Source: Phoronis australis (taxonomy: Eukaryota > Animalia > Phoronida). From it: DNA of 64,000 nt. How positions within the stretch are numbered: the stretch's first letter is position 1; each line of letters begins with the position of its first letter. Shown here in pieces: positions 25,431 through 37,679 of the stretch. The notes under the pieces were generated by a model. It was not told the origin of the DNA and did not search any database. It saw only the letters and a program-made list of their open reading frames with translations. The DNA lies in NCBI GenBank assembly GCA_002633005.1, contig NMRA01000306.1, positions 423,568 to 487,567 of the forward strand, in the 5' to 3' direction. A program made the position numbers and the translations under genes.

Positions 25431-26430
25431 TTGATACCGATCAATTTGCCTAAACGGAACTAATGACGTCACGCAAGAATTAATACCAATAAAATACACA
25501 AATATGCAAAGGGAAAGGCAATGGTCTGATATAACCTGCCCGAATTTTGAGAACCAGTTTTCTCCACTAAATAACGGGCATCGAACTGGTTCTCAAAATA
25601 TAAGGGCACGTTATACCAGGCTGTTGTCAAGATATTAAACAAGTAGTATTGAAATCACTTCCAGACTTATACATGTACCTCCAAAAGCACAACAGAGTAC
25701 TGAAAACTCCCTGAGACTGTCACGTACGGATGAATAGAACTACTTATGGCGTTCCGTAGACGTAAGAATATCAGGAGTAAACAGAGGTGTGACCACGTGC
25801 TTCGCTCGCAATTCAAGGCAACATCTCGCAAAATCTTAAGTGATCTTACGTTTTCGCGATGTTCTTGCGTCTACTGAACGGCTGGCCGGTTTTAAAAAAT
25901 GTATGGAACGATAAATGACACAAGAATAGAGCCAGAAATTGATAAAATATAGCAATTTAACAGTGTAGGTTAAAAATAAAATATCATACTGACGCCGAAA
26001 GTGAATTTAAAGTGTGACAGTCTGCACAGGGGCTAACAAAAGAGCACCACTGTGAAGTGAGCGTTTGCGATTATTTAGTGGGCTTTTGTCCAATTTTCTC
26101 GGACGTTTTGTCTCTCAGGGCGGACCTTTTTCCCCAATTCGCCAAATGCAGGGTGGCTCGTTCGAGCTCCCCGAGCCGCGAGGTCGTGGTTGTGAAACGA
26201 GTTCGAGGGAATCAAAATTACAACACTGGAGATATTCATATTAAAGAGTACTTGTTGTGACAAACGAGTTAGTTAACTCATAGCAGTCTGCCAATGAGTG
26301 TAATTTTCTCACGAGGCAATAGATTTCGACGTCACAACAAAGCTTCCATGAGTTCGTACCTGTAGCCTGGTAATCAGGGCCGTGCGCTCAGTCATGCGTG
26401 AACTGTAGCCTCGGCATAACGGAAATGCAT

Positions 26431-27924
26431 TTAATTAAATTCCTCCTTCCCATTTTCTGCATTACCCTGTTTTTGATTATCTTCTGAATTCATCAAACAT
26501 TCTGTCTCCAGGGCGTCAACGTCTACATTTATCTGGGGCTTGAATAGTTTCTGTCTGGCATCTTTTGATGAAAATATAATAAGAAGAAGTCCTATCGTCT
26601 CTCCAATGTTTCCAGCAACAAGTCCGGAAAAAATCTGCGTGCAGCCACCGATACTGAATGCTTTTATCAAAACGAACATTGTTGCCAAAGCAAATCCTAC
26701 CTTAGGAAACATAACCAGGGGAATTCTCGTCACCAGGCCTTCAACGAGGCCGCATCCACGAAGAAAACTTTCTATGCCACAGAAAATGGAATTTAAGGCA
26801 AACAGTTTTAAAGGAATATCGGCTCGCCATGACGCTTCTACTGAAAATCCCATCTGATGCACGAAAACAAAATCCCGGACAGGTGGCAATCCGAGGCATA
26901 CGCAGATCCAGAACGCCACAAGTGTCAACCCTATTGTCAGTTTCCAAAAGTCTGCTAAACTGTAGTTCAGTCTTTCGTCGGCTGCGTTCTTTGAAGTTTT
27001 TTCCAGTTTACTGAAACTGATGATGGTGTCCTCTATAGCGTACAGCCAAGCTGTCAATGCCTTCCCAATGACGTAAAGCAACGAGGACACGGCCAAAACT
27101 TCTTCATTTTCATCTACACTCAGACCACTGGTTTGTACCATAACCACTTTACACACGGGAAAAACAAGTTTTTGGAGTAAATTACTTGGCATTATGGAAA
27201 AAAATGTTTTAAGTATTGTCTTGTAGGTCACCTCGCTCTCAGTGTCATGTTTTGCCTCGTCCAGGTTTTTGTAACCAAAGCGAACAAAGACTGATACTAA
27301 GAAAATGAGTGAAACGATGCTTCCCATGTATAAACTGAGTAGTGGTACTGACAAAGGTTGTATTTGACGCAAAGGAGTGTTGATTAGTACCAAAGCTGAA
27401 CCAGTTTGCGTCAAACATTGAATCAGTATCGTTATTGCACTCATGCCCGCTTTTTTCCGGTTAAGAAGAACTCCGTTCAAAGTTCTTATTATAGCTCCAT
27501 TGATGAAGACCAGTGATAATACGAGTAAGGTCAGTTGACATTTCTCTAAAGCTGTTTCGTCGACTTTGAAAAGTATTTTCAGTAATTCACTACCAGGATG
27601 GCTGAGGCTGAGGAAAAGATACACACAGAAACCGAACATTGTAATCATTGAATGTGAGACTACTCCCTTGAGGAATGACTGCTTGTCTCTATAGAGAAGA
27701 TTCCCAAGTTTCACGAAACATTGCGTCAGGCATATCATCAGTCGGTGTACCGTAAATGCCACACCAAATCCCGCCACACTTTTCATCACATCTACTGATG
27801 AGCTAAGGCAAAAATAGAACACCTGCTGGGTTAGAAATGGCAAGCAAAGCCTCAGCGACACTTTCACCGTAAACCATACTATGTAAATCCACTTCTTAGG
27901 CGTTTTAGACAACGCACAATCCAT
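26431..27924 (-). CDS. ANKH: Progressive ankylosis protein homolog (ANKH)-like multipass transporter, 497 aa, single coding exon
   Basis: Colinear similarity to ANKH as recalled: VAGFGVAFTV~LASYGLAYSL, VDETALEK~VDESVGSK, QPLSVPLLSLYMGSIV~EPLLIPILSLYMGALV, IPLKLFAL~VPLRIFSF, LVAGNIGET~LLAGFVGES; many hydrophobic segments; splice acceptor ttttcag 6 nt before the ATG. Confidence 0.88.
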   Translation of the reverse strand: MDCALSKTPKKWIYIVWFTVKVSLRLCLPFLTQQVFYFCLSSSVDVMKSVAGFGVAFTVHRLMICLTQCFVKLGNLLYRDKQSFLKGVVSHSMITMFGFCVYLFLSLSHPGSELLKILFKVDETALEKCQLTLLVLSLVFINGAIIRTLNGVLLNRKKAGMSAITILIQCLTQTGSALVLINTPLRQIQPLSVPLLSLYMGSIVSLIFLVSVFVRFGYKNLDEAKHDTESEVTYKTILKTFFSIMPSNLLQKLVFPVCKVVMVQTSGLSVDENEEVLAVSSLLYVIGKALTAWLYAIEDTIISFSKLEKTSKNAADERLNYSLADFWKLTIGLTLVAFWICVCLGLPPVRDFVFVHQMGFSVEASWRADIPLKLFALNSIFCGIESFLRGCGLVEGLVTRIPLVMFPKVGFALATMFVLIKAFSIGGCTQIFSGLVAGNIGETIGLLLIIFSSKDARQKLFKPQINVDVDALETECLMNSEDNQKQGNAENGKEEFN

Positions 27925-28779
27925 GTCAGCCTGAAAATATCAAAACGTTCAATTTAGCAACAGCGGGCCTGAAGATTTGCTTTAATGGGAGGGTGAAACA
28001 AATGTGAGCTTGATCTCCCTCCCGGTATAAGGTACTTCTACCTCCACCCAGTATCGTCCCAGGGAAGACACCAGTTTTACTCCACTGGGTCCCTAGTCGA
28101 CACCAGTTATACCTCCCCCTCCTACTGCCAGTTTAAATCCAAAAATTGCTTAGTAATGATACTCAAACAGTACATTTATAAGAAAGAACATTGTGCGAAA
28201 TGGCAAGCCCACAAATAAGCAGTAGATTTAAAGATCTTATTTGAGTCCCTATTTGGAACTGTTCCTACAACGGGGCACTGGACCTCTTAAGGAACATGTA
28301 ACACAGCATAAAATCTAGAGACAGACAAGACCACAGGGCGCACTTTGAGTCAACTGTAGGTTAAAGCGGCTACAAAATAGACATTTAGTCCAAGAAGTCA
28401 ACATTTTTTCTCGACCACTGTGCGCCATATAATTCAAGAAAACTGTTTGTCCCGTATGATAACAAGCAGGCAAATTATCTCCCAGGCTTCAAAGGGTTAC
28501 TGAAACCTGGCAGAATGGATTGTCTAACTTCTGTTGTAGTTGGGCGATCTTGGTGACTCAAAAACTAAACATGATCAGCATTAGACAAGGAATTCAAAAG
28601 TGCTATTGGATTATGTTCAAATATGTTATAACTTTACTTTCATTTTTAGCAGCACAGCCCAATCAGGCTGATATGATGTGATCGGAGCTTAGAGCAATTA
28701 TCAACCAAAAGAGAGCTGGCCCTCCAACCATAAATGCCAGGATGGAGTAACTCCAATCAGTCGTGTAAGATATTGGCTC

Positions 28780-29055
28780 CAGGGGTAAACTGTAGAATCG
28801 AACAAGTTTCGAGCAACGTGAAAACGCCGTAAATGACGTCAGTGGTTCATTTGCAGAGTGAATACCGCTATGTTGTGGTGCATCGTTTCCGCTTGTCCGA
28901 ACTATGCCGCTACGAGGAAAGCGGGTATATCGTTTTTTCGACTTCCTCGAGAGTCCGAAATACTTAGGAAGTGGCTCGCGGTAGTCAAAGAATGAAAGGT
29001 ACGCTGTTAATAGCAAGTATGAGGCCGTGAAACATCTCCGTGTCTGTGGCCGGCA
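28780..29055 (-). promoter_or_regulatory. CpG-rich candidate promoter/5'UTR region of the ANKH-like gene, with a CRE motif
   Basis: Local CpG enrichment and TGACGTCA at 28834-28841; lies upstream of the 5'UTR acceptor at 27931. Confidence 0.35.
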
Positions 29056-29057
29056 AT

Positions 29058-32000
29058 GGGGCTATTCGGAAAATCTACAATAACTAGAGGGCGTGCGTGT
29101 TCTAGTGGTGATAGATTAACAGCCTCGATTTCGCGAGCCCTTTAAATACATGGTGAAATGGCTTGCAGCCGTGCCAGCTGAATCTGAGATTGCGTAAAAA
29201 GGGTGCTTCTATGAGAGGAAGTAAGCACGACCTCATACAAAGGTAAGGTTTGTGATTATTTTTACGATTATTCCATGATTATTCTACCGATGCCTGTTAA
29301 CTGAGGCACTCGCCGATGTCGACTTCGCGGCAGTCAGTCGCCAGCCAGAGTCTGGTTAATCTTTATATATTGTGATATGTGATACGATACTTGACGTAGC
29401 AATCGGGATCTTTTCGTACATCAAAGCATTATTATTGTTTGGAATGATTTCTAAAAGTTTATCAGTGATAGTTACATCAATCAATGCTGAATGTTTATGC
29501 TGTCAACTCGATACAGGTTAATGAGTTAAGATTACAATCCAATCCCAATGGTAAAGGGTACGTGAGTGATAAATATCCATTGCATTAGACTATTTGTTTA
29601 CTCCCTATCATATGTCTTCTGGCAATCTGTTACACGTTGAAATGGAAATCTATCACGTCAGTTTTCACGTAAACTTTGGTTTTTAGGTTTGAAGGCTTGT
29701 AGCGTGCAGAGGAGATATGCTGTTTTGCTACTTGTATCAATTGTAAAACCAGATATATATTACATTTTCCGAATTCACAGTGACTGAATAGTCTTAACTC
29801 ATGCCTTGAAATGTTGCAAGTCGTTATAAATTCAAATGACTGCCATTTTTGTGAAAATTGCATTTTTGATGGTGCCTTACGATTTGTAATTACCCTTCAA
29901 CAACAGAAAGATTATCCATCATTTTTAAATGACCCAAGTCTTCATATCTTCTTTTAGAAGAAAAATGGTTCCCTCAACCTTAGGCTAGACGTATGCTTGA
30001 CAGACCCATGAACCTGTAATCTGAGTTTAAAATTGCTGAAAGTATCAAAATTAAAAAGGCTTAAAAATTGGTAACAAAGGTTTGAAGTTGTCTCAAAAAA
30101 CTTGTATATTTTACAAACAAGTGATGCGTTTAAAGAATTGTTATGGCTAGGGATAAAAAATAAAGACACATTTTTATGAAATACTCATTATATACACCCT
30201 TAGTTTCTGAAAATAGTAAATATTTACTTTTATGTGAAACTGTAGACCAATCACCATATATTTTTGAAAAACAGGGATAACGTTTTTGATCCAATCTGGA
30301 GTACTTAATTATTCATATTTCAATATTTGTTCCAGGAGCAGTGACGTTTTAAGACCACTTCAAGCTGTATCATAGACAAGCTTTGTTACTCCGTTCTCTT
30401 CCCACAGCACTTCCACACACCAGCAGTGCTGCTTGGCACAATGTGCAAGTCAGTGGCCCTGGAGAAATGTGAATCGCAGTACTAAGTTACCATAAGACAA
30501 TGTGCCAGTGGAGTGTCTGTGTATCCAGACGAACTATATCTGACTGCTACACAAATAAGCCTTGTTGGTGAGGATGCCCTTTCATAGGCAATGAGTCATG
30601 TGTGGACAATAGCTTATTTCCTTTCCTGGAAGAAACATGAGGGACTGAAGCTAAAGAAGACCTAGTCACACTCTGGTCTAGTTCAGAGTCTGATTTTGGG
30701 CTCAAAACGATTCAAGTGATATGCTGCTGTGTTTACCTTCAAGGGTCTAATTGTGGATGTTATTGAGGCTGAATGAGGTTACATGAAAGAAAGCCACGTG
30801 TTGAAACTGGACCTTTTTTACAAGCGCTTCTATAGGCCATTGAAACTAGAACCCAGTGAAATGAAAGCCAAAAGCTGAGTGACATTAAATTTTCCTTTCA
30901 GAAGAAAGGCTTTATACTATTGGTAAAAACTTTTCAATTTGGTACAGATTATGGGGAAATGACATTCAGTGACTGCATCGATTGTCTTATTGTATGTTTT
31001 CAATTGTAGCTAGCTGGATAAGAATCTGCTATGCACAAGATTCGAGAATAAACAATTATCAGTGTATTTAAAAACAAATGGCAAACTGAAAAAGCACAGA
31101 AAGAAACAACATTGCGAGGGAGTCCATAATCAGGCATATCAGGTGCTGAATTTCTGAATTACGTTCAATTCTCTCAGGTTATTGCTGAAGGATTGCTTTT
31201 CACTTTGTCCAACGGTGAAATAGATGGTCAGGCGGTTGGTTTCAGTTGTTTTTTCTTGCCTGTAACAGAATAGAAATATTAGCAAATTGTAAAAGAAAAG
31301 ACAAGACAAAACTACTTTTGTAAGGCAGAACATACTTGACATTTCATCTTCATGTTTATGTGTAGAAACTAATAACCTTTGTACCCAAGTCTTATTTAAT
31401 ATCTGAATTAAAATATGTGAAACAGGCTAAAAGTGATTTAACAATGTGTATTTTTCATGACACTTAAAATGTGCTTCTGATCTCAACAAGTAAAATTCAT
31501 TCTAGGTGTCAATTTTTTTCCAATGCAATGTTACGACATTTACTGAATTAAGGCTTATTCATGTTAATTCGATAACTGAGCTGGTGGTCCTGGGGGTGGG
31601 GTCCACGATAAAATAAGGAAACTCACTCACCTAGAGAATTTTATTGGAAACAGCATAGTTTTGAAGAGAAACTGCTGTGAAAAAGTCACTCTTGACTTCT
31701 GTGCATCACGTACCATACACCTCTTATTTTGGGAGCACTGTCTCACCCAGGCCAATATGAATATGTGCTGCTAGCCTACCCGGCATCGGGTGAGCTTCCA
31801 AAAAGAAACACTTAGTTCCACTCAATAAAACTGTTATTCAGTGGGGTAACTGGTGGGGATAACATCACCGAACGATGTTGATAGAAACTGATTGCTAAAA
31901 ACTTACCAAGTAATGTTGTGTAGTCTCCGAATGGAACCGCATAGTCATAGACATAGAGCACACACGGGGCTTCAGCATCCACACACTTTTTGTCAGTTAG

Positions 32001-32240
32001 TTGACCCTGTTGACCGTAATTGTCCACGAATATAGTAACCTTAGGTCTTTTGGGAATTTCTGGCCACCTGTCGAAGACTTGCACCAGGGAAATTAGCAGT
32101 AATAAGGCTTAGCGCGATAGCGTATTTTGATAAAAATTCCATCTTTTACCAGTTGTTTACATGCAGACAGCCACGCATGCGCAATTTAATCACCACTAGT
32201 ACAGCAGCGACACCGCGAGGAGAATTCTCCGAATAGCCCC
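29058..32240 (+). mobile_element. Non-autonomous ISL2EU-type (PIF/Harbinger-related) DNA transposon, copy 1
   Basis: 13-bp TIR ggggctattcgga, AT TSD; + strand SAP relic (LRKKGASMRGSKHDLIQR|gt, ~29190-29242) and YqaJ relic (~30420-30860); - strand THAP relic (YYC*FPWCKSSTGGQKFPKD..W..RVCS, ~31910-32110). Confidence 0.85.
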
Positions 32241-33197
32241 ATTGTCAACTGTGAGTCTTTCCATACATTCCGTTGCCTGTGCATGTTCACAGCGCCTCTC
32301 TAGTATTTCTTGGTCACTGCATTCCGGTTCGAACTGATAGCCTTTGAAACTTAACGATCCACCTGCAAATCTCTTCGTCGGATTAGCTCTCGTCTTAATC
32401 GGGATTGCGAGTTACCATGTTGACGTTCATTATTCTGTGTTCTGTTTCAAATTGAATTATTTTCACCCTAACCAATGCTTATAACAAAGTCTGTCTCATT
32501 AGATACAATTTGTAACGCCTTTGGAGTATTGGTGAGTGCAAATGTTTTGAGAAGCCAGCAATGAATAAACCTCTGCGTTACCGACTTCAGATGCAATGAA
32601 GGTAATTGGCCGGGCACCGAGGCCGTGTTGAGCGCATGCTAATTCATTGTTTACTGACAGGAAGCTGTTGTGAAACAACAACACGATTTTATGTGCTACA
32701 TGGTCACATGTTAGGGGAATCTTTATTTAGAGATACATGTACACTGTACAACTTTTGCTCTGACGGTTCTGTAAAAGGGCAACTTGGCTTCGCGGCCCCC
32801 GACAAGTAAGTAGACTTGCAGTTTCGTCGTTACTTCACCAAAATAATTGCGTGCACATTATTTCTTTGGCTCACTAATATAGTGTTTTCGTGATTGGAGG
32901 TTTAGTTTCCAATTTAAGCGGGTTTATGATCCCGATGTCCAGTCCCGGCGACCACGACGGGCCTGATCGGGTTCCGATGCACTGGCTGGGATAACAAGCG
33001 TTTTGTGTGTTTAGAACTGAAAAATGGCAAGCTTAAAATTACATCACTCAGATATCTTTCACGTCTGTACATCACGGAAGAATGATTCAAGTTTATCACC
33101 AAACAGACCCAAACTCCCGCGATCGACCATGATAACTTGGCCTACCGAACCTACATGTAGGAGTCTACACTCCTTGAGCGAACTCTGTAGGCTACCG

Positions 33198-34155
33198 CAG
33201 TGGTGGATCTAGGATATCACAAGGGGGGGCCAACATTTTGTCTGTAAACATTTGCGCTAAGCACGATTGTAGATGCGCATAGCACCGAATGGGGGAGGAA
33301 AATTTTTTATTTTTCCTCTGAAAATCAAGCATTTTCCTTGATTCCTGAAGTATTATCCAAGAAAAAAACGGAGAACTTATCAAACTTGAAAAACTGCAAT
33401 TACCACAGACTCTAACACACGACCTGGCGGATATAGCGCGCGTGCTTTACCATTGCACCACCACGATTTCACTCGTAAATAAATACTAAAAGACCTACTT
33501 ATTTATGGTCCACTGCGGTTGCGCGAGAAACCTACTTCTTTTTTGTAATGCATATTACACTTTTTATATTTTGTGCAATCATTTCGTAATAAATTTGTTG
33601 TATTTAGAATAGTCTTCAATTGCCTAAAAGACCAATTCCGTTTTTGTGTTGGCATTAATGACGCGATTGCTTTGAAAATCGTCTTAAGCTAAGGTTTGAC
33701 AAAGAGAGAATTACGAGTTTCTGAGTGATTCACTAAGACTTCGATTAAAATTTACATCTTACCAGCAGCTTCTGTTTTTTCATCGTGGCTCAGATTCCAT
33801 GTTCTTTGAATAATGAAGTAATTTTCTTCATAGCACAGTGAAGCAGACGACAGAAACGGAGTCGTAGTGCACAGCGCCACAGCTGATCGCCTGGGATATC
33901 GCGGGAGAGCCTACATGTATGCTTAGCCATAGTTCCGATACCATTGCGCCGTGTTCCGAATGTGACACTTGAAATTGGATCAGAGCCCCCCTCCCACGCA
34001 AACAAACTAAAACTGCACACATTTAAATCTTGTTTCAGACATATAATGTTAATTACCGGGTTTAATTAATAAATTGCATTTCCCTACGCTTTTGCTGTTT
34101 TATTTTTTTTGCGGCAGCCTAGGGGGGGGCCCAGAGGGCCCACCCCCCCCCCCCT
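33198..34155. mobile_element. Longer member of the CAGTGGCGGAT TIR family; right end lost in the gap
   Basis: Starts cagtggtggatctagg; ends in the G/C-run subterminal motif typical of the other copies just before the Ns. Confidence 0.55.
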
Positions 34156-34497
34156 NNNNNNNNNNNNNNNNNNNNNNNNNNNNNNNNNNNNNNNNNNNNN
34201 NNNNNNNNNNNNNNNNNNNNNNNNNNNNNNNNNNNNNNNNNNNNNNNNNNNNNNNNNNNNNNNNNNNNNNNNNNNNNNNNNNNNNNNNNNNNNNNNNNNN
34301 NNNNNNNNNNNNNNNNNNNNNNNNNNNNNNNNNNNNNNNNNNNNNNNNNNNNNNNNNNNNNNNNNNNNNNNNNNNNNNNNNNNNNNNNNNNNNNNNNNNN
34401 NNNNNNNNNNNNNNNNNNNNNNNNNNNNNNNNNNNNNNNNNNNNNNNNNNNNNNNNNNNNNNNNNNNNNNNNNNNNNNNNNNNNNNNNNNNNNNNNN

Positions 34498-37431
34498 GTA
34501 CGTGATGCACAGAAGTCAAGAGTGACTTTTTCACAGCAGTTTCTCTTCAAAACTATGCTGTTTCCAATAAAATTCTCTAGATGAGTGAGTTTCCTTATTT
34601 TATCGTGGACCCCACCCCCAGGACCACCAGCTCAGTTATCGAATTAACATGAATAAGCCTTAATTCAGTAAATGTCGTAACATTGCATTGGAAAAAAACT
34701 TGACTCCTAGAATGAATTTTACTTGTTGAGATTAGAAGCACTTTTAGCCTGTTTCACATATTTTTATGCAGATATTAAAATATAAGACTTGGGTACAAAG
34801 TTGATTAGTTTCTACACATAAACATGAAGATGAAATGTCAAATATGTTCTGCCTTACAAAAGTAGTTTTGTCTTGTCTTTTCTTTTACAATTTGCTAATA
34901 TTTCTATTCTGTTACAGGCAAGAAAAAACAACTGAAACCAACCGCCTGACCATCTATTTCACAGTTGGACAAAGTGAAAAGCAATCCTTCAGCAATAACC
35001 TGAGAGAATTAAACGTAATTCAGTAATTCAGCACCTGATATGCCTGATTATGGACTCCCTCGCAATGTTGTTTCTTTTTGTGCTTTTTCAGTTTGCCATT
35101 TGTTTTTAGATACACTGATAATTGCTTATTCTCGAATCTTGTGCATAGCAGCTAGCTACGATTGAAAACATACAATAAGACAATTGATGCAGTCACTGAA
35201 TGTCGTTTCCCCATAATCTGTACCAAATTGAAAAGTTTTTACCAATAGTATACAGCCTTTCTTCTGAAAGGAAAAATTAATGTCACTCAGCTTTTGGCTT
35301 TCGTTTCACTGGGTTCTAGTTTCAATGGCCTATAGAAGCGCTTGTAAAAAAGGTCCAGTTTCAACACGTGGCTTTCTTTCATGTAACCTCATTCAGTCTC
35401 TATAACATCCACAATTAGACCCTTGAAGGTAAACACAACAGCATATCACTTGAATCGTTTTGAGCCCAAAATCAGACTCTGAACTAGACCAGAGTGTGAC
35501 TAGGTCTTCTTTAGCTTCATTCCCTCATGTTTCTTCCAGGAAAGGAAATAAGCTATTGTCCACACATGACTCATTGCCTATGAAAGGGCATCCTCACCAA
35601 CAAGGCTTATTTGTGTAGCAGTCAGATACAGTTCGTCTGGATACACAGACACTCCACTGGCACATTGTCTTATGGTAACTTAGTACTGGGATTCACATTT
35701 CTCCAGGGCCACTGACTTGCACATTGTGCCATGCAGCACTGCTGGTGTGTGGAAGTGCTGTGGGAAGAGAACGAAGTAACAGTTGTCTATGGTACAGCTA
35801 GAAGTGGCCTTAAAATGTCACTGAACCTGGAACAAATATTGAAATATGAATAATTAAGTACTCCAGATTGGATCAAAAATGTTATCCCAGTTTTTCAAAA
35901 ATATATGGTGATTGGTCTACAGTTTCACATAAAAGTAAAGAATTACTTTTTTCAGAAACCAAGGATGTATATAATGAGCATTGCATAAAACTGTGTCTTT
36001 ATTTTTTATCCCTAGCCATAACAATTCTTTAAAGGCATCACTTGTCTGTCAAATATACAAGTTTTTGAGAAAACTTCAAACCTTTGTTACCCATTTTCAA
36101 GCCTTTTTAATTTTGATACTTTCAGCACTTCTAAACTCAGATTACAGGTTCATGGGTCTGTCAAGCATACTTCTAGCCTAAGGTTGAGGGAACCGTTTTT
36201 CTTCTAATAGAAGATATGAATACTTGGGTCATTTAAAAATGATGGATAATCTTTCTGTTGTTTAAAAGTAATTATAAATCGTAAGGCACCATCAAAAATG
36301 CAATTTTCACAAAAATGGCAGTCATTTGAATTTATAACGACTTGCAACATTTCAAGGCATGAGTTAAGACTAAGGCAGTCACTGTGAATTCGGAAAATAT
36401 AATACATTTTCGTGGTTATACAATTGATACAAGTAGCAATACAGTTTCATGAAATCAACTTGAAGGGACTTCGTGAAGGTTAAGAATTACCTCACCATGC
36501 TCTTTTCCTCAAACATGTACTACCTGTTATTTCCACACATTCAGTTGTACCAAATATTACAACCCCCATGGCAATCCCCCTCGGGATAATTTAACAAAAA
36601 TGACTTTGAAAATAGCTGTTCCTTTTCAAAGGCTTTGTTCGTTGTCTCCAATATTGAAAGTAGGCTTTGACAACAGATCTGCACTGGATGGGAATATCTT
36701 GTTGGTTAGCTGCAGTCAAATGCTAAAAACCAATTTTTGTCCATTCAGGGACGGTACAGAAGCGATGCATATCTCCTCTGCACGGTACAAGCCTTCAAAC
36801 CTAAAAACCAAAGGTGACGTGAAAACTGGCGTGATAGATTTCCATTTCAACGTGTAATAGATTTCCAGAAGACATATGATAGGGAGTAAACAAATAGTCT
36901 AATGCAATGGATATTTATCACTGACGTACCCTTTGCCATTGGGATTGGATTGTAATCTTAACTCATTAACCTGTATCGAGCTAACAGCATAAACATTCAG
37001 CATTCATTGATGTAACTGTCACTGATAAACTTTTAGAAATCATTCCAAACAATAATAATGCTTTGATGTACGAAAAGATCCCGATTGCTACGTCAAGTAT
37101 CGTATCACATATCACAACATACAAAGATTAACCAGACTCTGGCTGGCGACTGACTGCCGCGAAGCAGACATCGGCGAGTGTCTCAGTTAACAGGCATCGG
37201 TAGAATAATCATGGAATAATCGTTAAATTAATCACAAACCTTACCTTTGTATGAGGTCGTGCTTACTTCCTCTGATAGAAGCACACTTTTTACGCAATCT
37301 CAGATTCAGTTGGCACGGCTGCAAGCCATTTCACCATGTATTTAAAGGGCTCGCGAAATCGAGGCTGTTAATATCTATCACCACTAGTACACGCACGCCC
37401 TCTAGTTATTGCAGATTTTCCGAATAGCCCC
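34498..37431 (-). mobile_element. ISL2EU-type element, copy 2 (inverted relative to copy 1; other end in the gap)
   Basis: Reverse complement of 29058-31712 with scattered substitutions; TIR tccgaatagcccc followed by AT; carries extra segment ~36445-36766. Confidence 0.9.
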
Positions 37432-37679
37432 ATTCGATGTATTTGTAAGGGTTTTTATTTAAATTTGATGATTTATTGGTGTAAACGATGCATTCAAGCG
37501 ACAAGGTGACACCAGTAAACTGCTGTGAACGACTGAACTGACTGCCGCGTTCGAAACGATTACGTCATTGGTTAATTTCAACACCTCCGTCTGCCGTCAG
37601 GTGTCAGGTAAAACAACTGAACTTGCTGTTCTCGAGTAGAACTACTCGATCTAAATTGATACAAAATATGTTGTTTTTG

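Noticed and set aside
31812-32084. 90-aa ORF MQVFDRWPEIP...
   Set aside because: Alternative frame of a decayed THAP exon within the ISL2EU element
33400-33470. tRNA-like sequence on the minus strand (tggtgcaatggt...gttagagtc)
   Set aside because: Degenerate B box and no cloverleaf; at most a SINE head relic
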